Positions 36,682 through 44,838 of a stretch of 64,000 nucleotides of DNA are shown here, piece after piece. Each line of letters opens with the position of its first letter. Position 1 is the stretch's first letter. The translations under genes and the position numbers were made by a program. Origin of the DNA: a virus (lineage: Duplodnaviria > Caudoviricetes). The stretch covers positions 1 through 64,000 of the IMG/VR virus record IMGVR_UViG_2974704384_000001. The stretch is one strand, 5' to 3'. The notes below the pieces were generated by a model. That model was not told the DNA's origin and made no database searches. It saw only the letters and a list, made by a program, of their open reading frames with translations.

Positions 36682-36840
36682 GCTGACTGCGAGGAGTTCA
36701 GAAAGTGGCAAAGCAGTTTACTTGCCCGCTGGAATGTGGAGCCTCCTACTCCGAGGAGTACCAGCTTCACCTTCACGAATACGCATCCGAAAAAGGCATC
36801 CTCCCGACCTGTGGGCGGGGGGCCGAACGAAAGGCGCGCT

Positions 36841-37677
36841 ATGCCGGAGGCGATCACGCTGCAAACGGACTTGAGGCAGCCTGAGAAGCTGATGCTGGCC
36901 GGGGACTGGCACGGCAATCTGCCGTGGGCGTTCAAGGCGATCCACTTCGCTAAGGCGAACGGCGCAGACACGATCCTGCACGTTGGCGACTTTGGTTGGT
37001 GGGCACCGATTGAGCGGACGTTCCAGTTCCTAGCGGAGGTCGACAAAGAGCTTAAGACGGTCGGCATCGACCTTCTGTGGGTCGACGGCAACCATGAGGA
37101 CCACGCCTTTTGGCACCAGTTCAATAAGCCGGGGTCGTATCCGCTGACCACCATGTCTTACTCAAGCATCACGCACTTGCCGCGCGGCTTCCGGTGGAAG
37201 TGGTGGGGCGATACGTGGATGGCGCTGGGCGGCGCTCACTCGGTGGACCGGAGTTTCGCGGTCGAGGGTGAGTCGTGGTGGCCGGGCGAGTGGTTGCAGG
37301 ACGACCAGCTTGAGTACGCCATGCGGCCCGGCAAGGTCGACATAATCGTGTCGCACGACGCGCCGACCAACGTTGATGTTCCCGGCATTGTGCCCGGTAA
37401 GCCGATTTACCTGAATATCGGCGGCATGAAGCGCCGGGTGCCGCAGGTCGACTTGCTTAAGGCCGAGGAGCATCGCGCCCGTATCCAACAGGTTGTTGAC
37501 GCGGTTAAGCCGGTCGAGCTTTACCACGGCCATTACCACCGCGCTTACCAGGCGTTGGCCCGCCATGACGGCGGCGGTTACACGCTGTGCCGTGGTCTGG
37601 ATAAGGACGAAACGACGATGGCTAAGAACACCCATTTCATTACGGGAGGCACGCAGGATGACGACGACGACGAGTAA
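36841..37677 (+). CDS. calcineurin-like metallophosphoesterase
   Basis: GDWHG, GDFG, GNHE, SHDAP, HGHYH motifs; likely ATG 36841. Confidence 0.9.
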   Translation: MPEAITLQTDLRQPEKLMLAGDWHGNLPWAFKAIHFAKANGADTILHVGDFGWWAPIERTFQFLAEVDKELKTVGIDLLWVDGNHEDHAFWHQFNKPGSYPLTTMSYSSITHLPRGFRWKWWGDTWMALGGAHSVDRSFAVEGESWWPGEWLQDDQLEYAMRPGKVDIIVSHDAPTNVDVPGIVPGKPIYLNIGGMKRRVPQVDLLKAEEHRARIQQVVDAVKPVELYHGHYHRAYQALARHDGGGYTLCRGLDKDETTMAKNTHFITGGTQDDDDDE

Positions 37678-37993
37678 CCCTGAGCGGGAGGTCTGCCGGT
37701 TGCCCAGCGGCGACCTGACGATTAAGGGGACCAAAGTCTGGTTGCCGTCCGATCCCGACCTGTTGGAGCGGGAGCGGGAGGAGACCGCGCAGCGGCTCAG
37801 GGACATTCTCAACGCTAAGCGATTCCTAATCGAGGAGCAGGACCGGGAGTACGGCGGCGCTATCGACTTCGCTACCCGTAAGGCTAACGAAGAGGTTGGG
37901 CGCTCTAACCAGGTGCTCTACCGCGATATGCCCGACCGCGACAAGCGCTGGTGGATCGCTTTCCTTAAGGCGGTGCGCCATGAAGGCGAGTGA
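37658..37993 (+). CDS. hypothetical protein
   Basis: ATG 37658 after GGAGG RBS. Confidence 0.6.
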   Translation: MTTTTSNPEREVCRLPSGDLTIKGTKVWLPSDPDLLEREREETAQRLRDILNAKRFLIEEQDREYGGAIDFATRKANEEVGRSNQVLYRDMPDRDKRWWIAFLKAVRHEGE

Positions 37994-38297
37994 GCGGTTA
38001 GCGGAGCGTAACGACATTCTCGAAGTCATCGCGGAGATTGATTCCGAGTTGTCGGCGCTGGTCGGTGTTAGGTCTTTCCGTGCAGCGCAGGAGGCGCGGG
38101 AGAAGTTGGATATCCGCCGGGGCTTGGAGGCGGAACTTAACGCGCTCGGGTTTAAAGCGCCTGAGCTTGACGAAAGGTTGAAGCACCGTGAGGTTACTCG
38201 CAGCAGTGCTGCTACTGGCGGTGATCGTGCTGGCGGTAGTGGCAGCGGTTCAGTGGTTGCGAAACGCCGTATTGGACCGTCGCCTCAGGCGAGCTAA
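37980..38297 (+). CDS. hypothetical protein
   Basis: ATG 37980, coiled-coil-like; 3' end overlaps next ORF. Confidence 0.45.
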   Translation: MKASERLAERNDILEVIAEIDSELSALVGVRSFRAAQEAREKLDIRRGLEAELNALGFKAPELDERLKHREVTRSSAATGGDRAGGSGSGSVVAKRRIGPSPQAS

Positions 38298-38433
38298 CGA
38301 CCCCTTGCAGTACCTCACCCGGCAGGAACGCCGGGAACATGCTCGGGCGCTCGCTAAGCGTCACCTGTCCGAGGCGGATGAGGCGTACTACCAGCGCCTT
38401 AACGACATGCTCCAAATCAAGCCGGTTCTGTAA
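38188..38433 (+). CDS. small membrane protein
   Basis: N-terminal TM segment. Confidence 0.6.
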   Translation: MRLLAAVLLLAVIVLAVVAAVQWLRNAVLDRRLRRANDPLQYLTRQERREHARALAKRHLSEADEAYYQRLNDMLQIKPVL

Positions 38434-38469
38434 CTCAGGGCCACCCTCTAAGAAAGGTAATCGCACCAA

Positions 38470-38598
38470 ATGAAGAAGATCATGGAGTTCTTCGGTTTCA
38501 CGTCGGCTGGCGCTTTCATGAAGGAATGGAAGGCGCTGACCGAGACCGATCAGGCTCAGCTCAAGGCCGGTATCGAGGACGGCTCGCTGACCTACTAA
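38470..38598 (+). CDS. small hypothetical protein
   Basis: MKKIMEFFGFTSAGAFMKEWKALTETDQAQLKAGIEDGSLTY; AAAGG RBS; not in ORF track. Confidence 0.7.
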   Translation: MKKIMEFFGFTSAGAFMKEWKALTETDQAQLKAGIEDGSLTY

Positions 38599-38610
38599 CC
38601 ACGCCTTAAC

Positions 38611-38650
38611 AAAGCCCCCGCTGACTCCGGTTGGTGGGGGCTTTGTTTTG
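38611..38650 (+). terminator. intrinsic terminator
   Basis: AAAGCCCCC / GGGGGCTTT stem then GTTTTG. Confidence 0.75.
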
Positions 38651-38685
38651 CGTAAAAACAATCCCCTTAGAAAGGAACCCTTACG

Positions 38686-39678
38686 TTGAATCGTAAGAAA
38701 ATTGCGGCTATCGCTTTGGCGGCTGCCGCTGTCCTGCCGGTTGTCGCATGTTCGACTTCGGTCCCGGCTGGCGTGACCGCTATCAAGGTGGAGGACTACG
38801 CGTTCATCCCGACCGATCCGACTGTCGAGGGCTGCATTAAGCCGGAGACAAACGAGTTCAACCCCATCGGCGGGTTCAAGGCGTACATGTACCCGGCGCG
38901 GCAGATCAGCTACGACGCGCTGGACACCGAGGGCGCGGAGGCACCGGCCACCGTTGTCGTGTCGAACCGCGAGGCTCCGGCTGAGCTTAAGGTGCCGGTG
39001 ACGGTCACGTTCGACCTGACGCAGGACTGCGAGCTGCTTAAGCAGTTCCATCGGGACTTCGGCACGAAGTACCAGGGCTGGCTTAACGATGACGGCACCA
39101 CTTCTCAGGGCTGGAAAGACCTGCTGAACTACGTGGTCGGCCAGCCGTTGCAGAACACGTTGGTGTCGATTGCACAGAAGTACGAATGGCGCAAGATTTG
39201 GAACGACGAGGCCGTGCGCGTCGAGTTCCAGAACGCGCTGCGCGAGACGCTGCCTAAGGTGTCGCGCGACCGTACTAACGGCGTCGACTACTTCACCAAC
39301 TTTCAGGTGACGGTGATGAAGCCGGACCCGGTTGACCCGACCCTCAAGCAGGCGATCATTGCCGAGCAGCAGGCCATCGCTCAGGCCAACGCCACTAAGG
39401 CGAAGGGTGTTGCCGACGCGGAGGCTGCGGAGGCTAAGGCTGACGCGGACGTTAAGGCTGCGGAGGCCCAGACCAAGGTGGCTGAGCAGGAGGCGCTTAA
39501 GCGTCGTGCTGAGGTTGGCGGTTATCCGAGCATTGAGGCTTACCTGGATGCGCTGGAAATCGAGGCCAAGCGTGAGGCTATCTCGCTGGAAATCGCGGCC
39601 AAGCGTGAGGCTATCTCGCGTGGTATCAACCCGTACCCGTCGCCGATTGTGGCGGGCGTGGGCGCTACCGGTCGCTAA
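38686..39678 (+). CDS. SPFH/band-7-like lipoprotein
   Basis: lipobox VVAC, LKVPVTVTFDL, Ala/Glu-rich coiled-coil tail. Confidence 0.7.
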   Translation: MNRKKIAAIALAAAAVLPVVACSTSVPAGVTAIKVEDYAFIPTDPTVEGCIKPETNEFNPIGGFKAYMYPARQISYDALDTEGAEAPATVVVSNREAPAELKVPVTVTFDLTQDCELLKQFHRDFGTKYQGWLNDDGTTSQGWKDLLNYVVGQPLQNTLVSIAQKYEWRKIWNDEAVRVEFQNALRETLPKVSRDRTNGVDYFTNFQVTVMKPDPVDPTLKQAIIAEQQAIAQANATKAKGVADAEAAEAKADADVKAAEAQTKVAEQEALKRRAEVGGYPSIEAYLDALEIEAKREAISLEIAAKREAISRGINPYPSPIVAGVGATGR

Positions 39679-39851
39679 GCAGAAACCTAATGCCCGCCAC
39701 ATAGCTAACCCGTAAGGGCCGGGGAATATGGGCCGGTCCACCGTCTTGGGCTGAGGTTCGCCGGGCACACCCGGCGGCAGATAAGGCGGCGTGGGAGCGC
39801 GCATACGTCATCACGCGCACTCAAACCCTATGAGAGTTAAGGAAAAACATC

Positions 39852-40271
39852 ATGTCCAAAAAGTCCCTCTTCAAGCAACCGGGTGTCGAGCAGTTGATTC
39901 CCGGCGCGGAGCTGCCTGTCGGCGTTAAGGTCACCGGTCGCAACATGCACGCGGTGTCCCTGCTGGCGTCGGTGAGCGGTGAGGCGCTGGGCCGTCGGAC
40001 CATCGTCAAGTCGTACTTTGAGGCGGATGGCTCGCTGTCGCACGTCAGGATCGTTGACGAGGACGGCACCGTCGATATCAAGGCTGGCGACTACATGACG
40101 CTGGGCGACGACCGTAAGACCATCGTCGTGGTGACGCCGGAGATTTACGCGTCAATCAAGACGGTGCTCCCTCTCGTCGTCGCGCTCGGTGACGCTTTCG
40201 CCGAGGCTGTCGGTACCCCGATCTTTGACGGGCTGTCGGGTACCTTCCCGAACATCTTTGGCGGCGTCTAA
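39852..40271 (+). CDS. hypothetical protein
   Basis: 139 aa with AAGGA RBS. Confidence 0.65.
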   Translation: MSKKSLFKQPGVEQLIPGAELPVGVKVTGRNMHAVSLLASVSGEALGRRTIVKSYFEADGSLSHVRIVDEDGTVDIKAGDYMTLGDDRKTIVVVTPEIYASIKTVLPLVVALGDAFAEAVGTPIFDGLSGTFPNIFGGV

Positions 40272-40511
40272 ATGGCGCTGTTCAAAAAGAGCGCGCCTGT
40301 TATCGCTCCCCCTAAGACCGTAGCGTCCATTACGGCTGGGCTGAGCGATACCCTCGCGGAGCTTGAGGCGCACGCCGAGGAGCAGGTCTCAAAGGCCGAG
40401 TTCCAGAAAGCGATGGCCGACCAAGCGATGGCCGCTGCCGCCGAGCACGCATCGGAGTCCGAACGGGCGCTGACGGTTGCCCAGAACCTTAAGGGTCTGC
40501 TCGGCTTGTGA
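40272..40511 (+). CDS. hypothetical protein (coiled coil)
   Basis: 79 aa, coupled to upstream ORF. Confidence 0.65.
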   Translation: MALFKKSAPVIAPPKTVASITAGLSDTLAELEAHAEEQVSKAEFQKAMADQAMAAAAEHASESERALTVAQNLKGLLGL

Positions 40512-40626
40512 TCAATTTTGTTTTGCGGAACCTGTCCGCGCTTCATTACTTCCGTAAGGAGCGCGGCAGGTTTCCCACACTCAAAGAACTTTTCGATGAA
40601 ACACGATGACACCCTAAGGAGAGCTA

Positions 40627-42057
40627 ATGACGACGTTTTTGCAGAGCCTTAACGGCCAGCTAAACACCACCCGCACGGAGAACGGCGATAAGGCGCATAA
40701 GTCGTCGCTTGATCCGGTGGTCGATTACTTCGGTTTGGCGGGCGCTATGCGTGACCGCGCCGAGGCGAGCGCCGATCTGTTTGAGAAGGCGTTCCGCGTT
40801 GACCCGCAGGCTGCCGTCCGGACCCTGTTCTATCTGCGTGACGTGCGCGGGGGCCAGGGCGAGCGTGACGTGTTCCGCGCGGGCCTTAAGCGCCTCTACG
40901 CCATTGACCCGTACACGGCGATGGCCGTTACCGAGCATGTCCCGTTCTACGGGCGCTGGGATGACTTGTTCATCTTCGGGTCGCAGGTTCCGGCTGGTAT
41001 CGCGGCGCTCATTCGTGCGCAGTGGTCCGCTGACGTTGACGCTTACGAGCGTGGCGAGAAGGTCTCACTGCTGGCTAAGTGGCTGCCGTCCGATAAGAGC
41101 CGGTCGAACTTGGAGCTGGCTATCGCGGTCCGCGAAATGCTGGGTCTGACTCAGCGGGAGTACCGCCAGACGCTTAGCGCGCTGCGGGGTCGTATCGAGC
41201 TGCTTGAGCACGCCATGTCCGAGGGCGTGTATAGCAACGTCGACTACAGCAAGCTCCCGGCGCAGGCGCACCGTAAGCACGTTAAGGCGTTCCGGCGCAA
41301 CGACGGTGAGCGGTACCAGGCGTTCCTAGACGCGGTTGACCGTGGCGAGGCCAAGGTGAACACGTCGACCCTGTACCCGTACGAGCTGTACGACATGGTT
41401 AAGCGGGGGGACGCGGCTGCCGCTGACACGCTGTGGAACAACCTGCCGGACTACACGCGGCCCGGCCAGGACGCGATCGTTCTAGCGGACGTTTCAGGCT
41501 CGATGTGGGGTCGTCCTATGTCGGTGTCTGTGTCGCTGGCTTTGTACTTCGCAGAGCGCAACACAGGGCCGTATAAGGGCTATTTCATGACGTTCGCCTC
41601 TACGCCTGAGCTGGTTCAGGTGACCGGTAAGACGTTGGAGCAGAAGCTTCACGCTATCGAGCACTCGACCGGCTGGTGTGGGTCGACGGACTTGGAGGCG
41701 GCGTTTAAGGCGATCCTGCGGGCCGGTAAGCAGTCGGGCACCGTCCCGGCCACGCTCTACGTCGTGTCGGACATGCAGTTCAATCAGGCGCTTAACCACG
41801 CCGACCTGAGCGTGTTTGAGTCGGCCCGGCTGGACTTCCAGCGGGCGGGCCTTGAGCTGCCGCATGTCGTGTTCTGGAACGTGAATGCGCGCCACGATCA
41901 GCTCCCGGCCACGATCCTTGACGGGAACGTGACGCTGGTGTCTGGCTTGGCGGCTACGACGTTCGGCATGGCCGTGGAGGGTAAGACCCCTCGTGAGCTG
42001 GTAAATGACGTGATCAACAGCGAGCGGTACTCGCAGATCAAAGTCTCCGGTTCCTAA
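40627..42057 (+). CDS. rsr: Ro60/Rsr-like TROVE + vWA RNA-binding protein
   Basis: TENGDKAHKSSLDPVVDYF, YLRDVRGGQGERDVFR, YGRWDDL, LAKWLPS, vWA LADVSGSM and VVSDMQF, VFWNVN. Confidence 0.9.
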   Translation: MTTFLQSLNGQLNTTRTENGDKAHKSSLDPVVDYFGLAGAMRDRAEASADLFEKAFRVDPQAAVRTLFYLRDVRGGQGERDVFRAGLKRLYAIDPYTAMAVTEHVPFYGRWDDLFIFGSQVPAGIAALIRAQWSADVDAYERGEKVSLLAKWLPSDKSRSNLELAIAVREMLGLTQREYRQTLSALRGRIELLEHAMSEGVYSNVDYSKLPAQAHRKHVKAFRRNDGERYQAFLDAVDRGEAKVNTSTLYPYELYDMVKRGDAAAADTLWNNLPDYTRPGQDAIVLADVSGSMWGRPMSVSVSLALYFAERNTGPYKGYFMTFASTPELVQVTGKTLEQKLHAIEHSTGWCGSTDLEAAFKAILRAGKQSGTVPATLYVVSDMQFNQALNHADLSVFESARLDFQRAGLELPHVVFWNVNARHDQLPATILDGNVTLVSGLAATTFGMAVEGKTPRELVNDVINSERYSQIKVSGS

Positions 42058-42095
42058 TGTTTCCGATACCGGGTGCCGCCCGGTATCTTTAAACA

Positions 42096-42150
42096 TGTGG
42101 ACGCTAACAGCAACTAACTGTTTGCGGATAACAAGAAAATGCGTCCAGTA
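42096..42150 (+). ncRNA. short Y-RNA-like unit 1
   Basis: TGGACGC/GCGTCCA terminal stem, TAACAGCAA motif; downstream of Ro60. Confidence 0.75.
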
Positions 42151-42156
42151 AAAACG

Positions 42157-42292
42157 TGTGGACTCCTACAGCAATTAAACTGCTTCCACTGGTAAATGGC
42201 GAGGCACAGGTTCGACTCCTGTCATATCGGGGCCGTGAGGTACCCGTTGTAGCTCAGAGGTAGAGCGCGTATGCAAAAATCGGAGTCCAGTA
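42157..42292 (+). ncRNA. yrlA: YrlA-type Y RNA (circularly permuted tRNA mimic)
   Basis: TGGACTCC/GGAGTCCA stem, TACAGCAA, T-arm ACAGG-TTCGACT-CCTGT, GNRA-capped acceptor-like stem, D-arm GCTC-AGAGGTA-GAGC in permuted order. Confidence 0.88.
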
Positions 42293-42299
42293 AAGCGGC

Positions 42300-42364
42300 T
42301 GTGGTCACTAACAGCAATCCTATGAAATCAATTTGCTAAAAAACTGATACAAAATGTGACCAGT
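42300..42364 (+). ncRNA. short Y-RNA-like unit 3
   Basis: TGGTCAC/GTGACCA terminal stem, TAACAGCAA motif. Confidence 0.75.
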
Positions 42365-42378
42365 CCCGCCGCGCATTA

Positions 42379-42413
42379 ACCCGCTACCCGGTCGACGGGG
42401 GCGGGTTTTTTGT
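42379..42413 (+). terminator. intrinsic terminator after the Y RNA array
   Basis: AACCCGC..CCCG/CGGG..GCGGGTT stem followed by TTTTTG. Confidence 0.75.
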
Positions 42414-42433
42414 TGCCTTAAGGGAGGACTTAC

Positions 42434-42565
42434 ATGCCTGGACCAATGTCCGCGCCCAACGGAAACGCGCTGATCACCTACAGCGCCGAGGCGCGAAAGA
42501 AAGCCGGTCGGACCGGCAAGACGGAAGCTGTGAAAGCCCGTAAGGGGGAGAAGAAAAATGCGTAA
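42434..42565 (+). CDS. small basic hypothetical protein
   Basis: GGAGG RBS, MPGPMSAPNGNAL...KKNA; not in ORF track. Confidence 0.5.
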   Translation: MPGPMSAPNGNALITYSAEARKKAGRTGKTEAVKARKGEKKNA

Positions 42566-42893
42566 GGCAATCATCGCGGCCATGCTGGTCGGCGCGTTGT
42601 CGCTGGTCGGTTGTGCGACCCAGAATCAGCACTGGGAGCGTGGCTGCAAGGTCCAGTCAAAGGACATGCTGTACGGCAGCGACAGCGAGGGTGCCACTAA
42701 GCGCACTAAGCGCATTAGCACCACCTGCGGCGCGTTCGACGTGGAGGACGCTATTGAGGTCGGCCACATGAACAGCTACGACCTGTGGGCCAAGCTCGAA
42801 GAGGGCAAGACCTACGACCTCAAGGTCGGCGGGCTGCGTAACGGCTTCTTCTCGATGTTCCCCACGGTGTTGGAGGTTAAGGATGCCGGTTAG
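42558..42893 (+). CDS. lipoprotein
   Basis: lipobox LVGC. Confidence 0.75.
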   Translation: MRKAIIAAMLVGALSLVGCATQNQHWERGCKVQSKDMLYGSDSEGATKRTKRISTTCGAFDVEDAIEVGHMNSYDLWAKLEEGKTYDLKVGGLRNGFFSMFPTVLEVKDAG

Positions 42894-43200
42894 CGTCGCT
42901 GAGGCGATCCTGCGCTACAAAGAGGCGCAGGCTAAGAAGCGTGGCGAGACGCTGCCAGAGAAGTTCTACCGCGTTCCTAACCGGAAGGCGATCCGCGCGC
43001 ACCGCTTCGGCGGTTTCCGCGAGGGCCTTGGTTCCGGCGATTCGTTCGTTCTGATGAGGCCGTACCGGTCGCGTATTCAGCGGGGTAAGTCGCGTCCTCA
43101 GCCACGCGGGCAGATTATCCGCCGGGGCTTTAAGGACTATCTGGAAAACGGGCCGGACGCCGACCGGGGCAAGGTGACTGCATGGACGCAGAAGCTTTGA
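42883..43200 (+). CDS. hypothetical protein (basic)
   Basis: 105 aa, GGAGG RBS. Confidence 0.6.
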   Translation: MPVSVAEAILRYKEAQAKKRGETLPEKFYRVPNRKAIRAHRFGGFREGLGSGDSFVLMRPYRSRIQRGKSRPQPRGQIIRRGFKDYLENGPDADRGKVTAWTQKL

Positions 43201-43373
43201 GTTACCGCGTCGAGGTTCTACTTAAGGACCGGGCGCTTCCGCCGATGGTTGCCGTTAGGGAGCCGGAGATTAGCCCTATAGGCCATCTGCAAGTAATGCT
43301 CAAAGATGGCTATTTGGTGTACGCGCCGGGGTATTGGCTGAGCTACGGAGTTAAGGAACACAAAGATGGCTAA
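43182..43373 (+). CDS. hypothetical protein
   Basis: 63 aa, overlapping-gene packing. Confidence 0.55.
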   Translation: MDAEALSYRVEVLLKDRALPPMVAVREPEISPIGHLQVMLKDGYLVYAPGYWLSYGVKEHKDG

Positions 43374-43569
43374 GGTCGGCACTGTTTACCGCAAGGATTG
43401 CGAACCTGACTGCGGTTGTAGCGCTGGTCCATGTTTCGACATGTACGTAAAGACGCTGGATGGCTGGCTTCTGGTCGACCAGTACGGGCCTCAGGGAATC
43501 GTGGCAAACAAGCCGTGGAAACGTGCTGCTGGGTTTGTCCGGTTCCCGCCGAAGGTTAGCGAGGATTAA
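43366..43569 (+). CDS. hypothetical protein (Cys-rich)
   Basis: 67 aa, AAGGA RBS. Confidence 0.55.
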   Translation: MAKVGTVYRKDCEPDCGCSAGPCFDMYVKTLDGWLLVDQYGPQGIVANKPWKRAAGFVRFPPKVSED

Positions 43570-43610
43570 TCACTGACTATCAAGTAAAGCGCGACTACTG
43601 GGACCGTCCG

Positions 43611-44543
43611 ATGGTTTACCCACCGGACTTCCAGGGTCCGCTAACGGGGGAATGGCGCGAAGGCAGGGGGCGCGATGGAAAGCAAAAGCGCTGGTGGTAC
43701 TCCAAAGACGCCAAGGGATATAGCCGGGCGTCCGGTGCGGGCAAGGGTCTCGACACCAAAGATGGGCTTATCGACTGGGCAGCCTGTCAGGCAGCCGTTG
43801 GCATCCTCTTGGACGCGTCCGCGCGCTCAGAGGTCGCAACGCTTATCAACGAGTACGACGCCGATCCCTGGTACAAGGGCGACGACGGCGGCACCCGCTC
43901 CGGTAAAGAGCGGCTTAAGGCTGCTGTTGAGCAAGCGCGTAACACTGCCGGTCAGCACACTGCTGCTAGTGCTGGCACTGAGTTCCATAAGCTCGGCGAG
44001 CTACGCAATAAGGGCGAAACGCCGCGCGTAGTTCAGGAGCATCTAAAGGAACCGCTCGCACAGTACGACAAAGCGGTTGAGCCTATCGAGTTCATCGACC
44101 AGGAAATGCTCATCGTTAACGACAAGCTGGAACTGTGCGGCTCGGTGGACTACCTGATGGCATTGCCGCCGGGTATCACGACGCCCGATGGCGTTAAGCA
44201 CGACAAAGAGCTAGTCGTTGTGGGCGACCTTAAGACGGGGCGCTGGGACGCTAAGCGGCCTATGGGTGTGACCTGTCAGCTCGCGGCTTATGGGACGGGT
44301 CTGCGGTACGACCAGGAGACGAATACACGTACTCCGCTGCATAACCAGATCAATAACAAATGGGGAGTGATGGTTCATTTCCCAATCATGACTAAGAACC
44401 CTCAGGTCAAGTTCTATTGGGTGGACTTGACGCTCGGGTTGCAAGCGGCGCTGCTCGGTAAGCAAGTCGAGGCGATGCGCCGCGTTTTCAATTCTAAGGA
44501 TTCAGAGCTTAAGGAGTTGAGCCTTGACCGTTATCAGTGGTAG
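43611..44543 (+). CDS. PD-(D/E)XK RecB/Cas4-like exonuclease
   Basis: GTEFH, CGSVDYL, VGDLKTG, QLAAY motifs. Confidence 0.85.
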   Translation: MVYPPDFQGPLTGEWREGRGRDGKQKRWWYSKDAKGYSRASGAGKGLDTKDGLIDWAACQAAVGILLDASARSEVATLINEYDADPWYKGDDGGTRSGKERLKAAVEQARNTAGQHTAASAGTEFHKLGELRNKGETPRVVQEHLKEPLAQYDKAVEPIEFIDQEMLIVNDKLELCGSVDYLMALPPGITTPDGVKHDKELVVVGDLKTGRWDAKRPMGVTCQLAAYGTGLRYDQETNTRTPLHNQINNKWGVMVHFPIMTKNPQVKFYWVDLTLGLQAALLGKQVEAMRRVFNSKDSELKELSLDRYQW

Positions 44544-44838
44544 CCGGGAGACCAGTTTGGCGGCTTACAAGTCGCTGGATAAGGACCATCTGCGGGAGTC
44601 GCAGCGCGCGGTGCTTAAGGCGCTGGGCCGGTTGCGTAAGGGCGGTACCGATACGGATATCGCGCGGGTTTACAACCGGTCCAAGTGGGGAGCGGTGCTG
44701 CCTCAGTCGCCTTCGGGTCTGCGGACTCGTCGGTCGGAGCTGGTGCGGCAGGGGCTTGTAGTGGATACCGGCGTGCGTAAGCGGCTGGCGAGTGGTCGTC
44801 AGTCCGTGGTGTGGGCCAAGGCAAAGAACGGGGCGTAA
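44524..44838 (+). CDS. winged-helix DNA-binding protein (putative)
   Basis: GTDTDIA..SPSGLRTRRSELVRQGLVVDTG.RK..SGR. Confidence 0.65.
   Translation: MTVISGSRETSLAAYKSLDKDHLRESQRAVLKALGRLRKGGTDTDIARVYNRSKWGAVLPQSPSGLRTRRSELVRQGLVVDTGVRKRLASGRQSVVWAKAKNGA

Noticed and set aside
36643-36840. N-terminal 66-aa extension of the metallophosphoesterase
   Set aside because: The segment contains a promoter-like element and low-complexity translation; ATG 36841 has an AAGG RBS and starts the conserved domain
38212-39804. 530-aa ORF on the - strand (and similar long antisense ORFs such as 12588-13871, 14592-15647, 3136-4047, 60879-61943)
   Set aside because: Shadow frames of high-GC + strand genes: Arg/Leu-rich, no motifs, no RBS, fully overlapping well-supported genes
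42200-42270. Possible ordinary tRNA gene (T-loop GGTTCGACTCC and D-loop AGCTCAG..GGTAGAGC)
   Set aside because: The T-arm precedes the D-arm, so the order is circularly permuted; it is a YrlA-type Y RNA, not a tRNA
42096-42364. Possible CRISPR array (repeated motif with variable inserts, and a Cas4-like nuclease nearby)
   Set aside because: Repeats are split into 5' and 3' halves that base-pair around the insert, insert lengths are very unequal, and no cas1/cas2 or effector genes are present. The 43611 nuclease is the usual RecB-like partner of ERF
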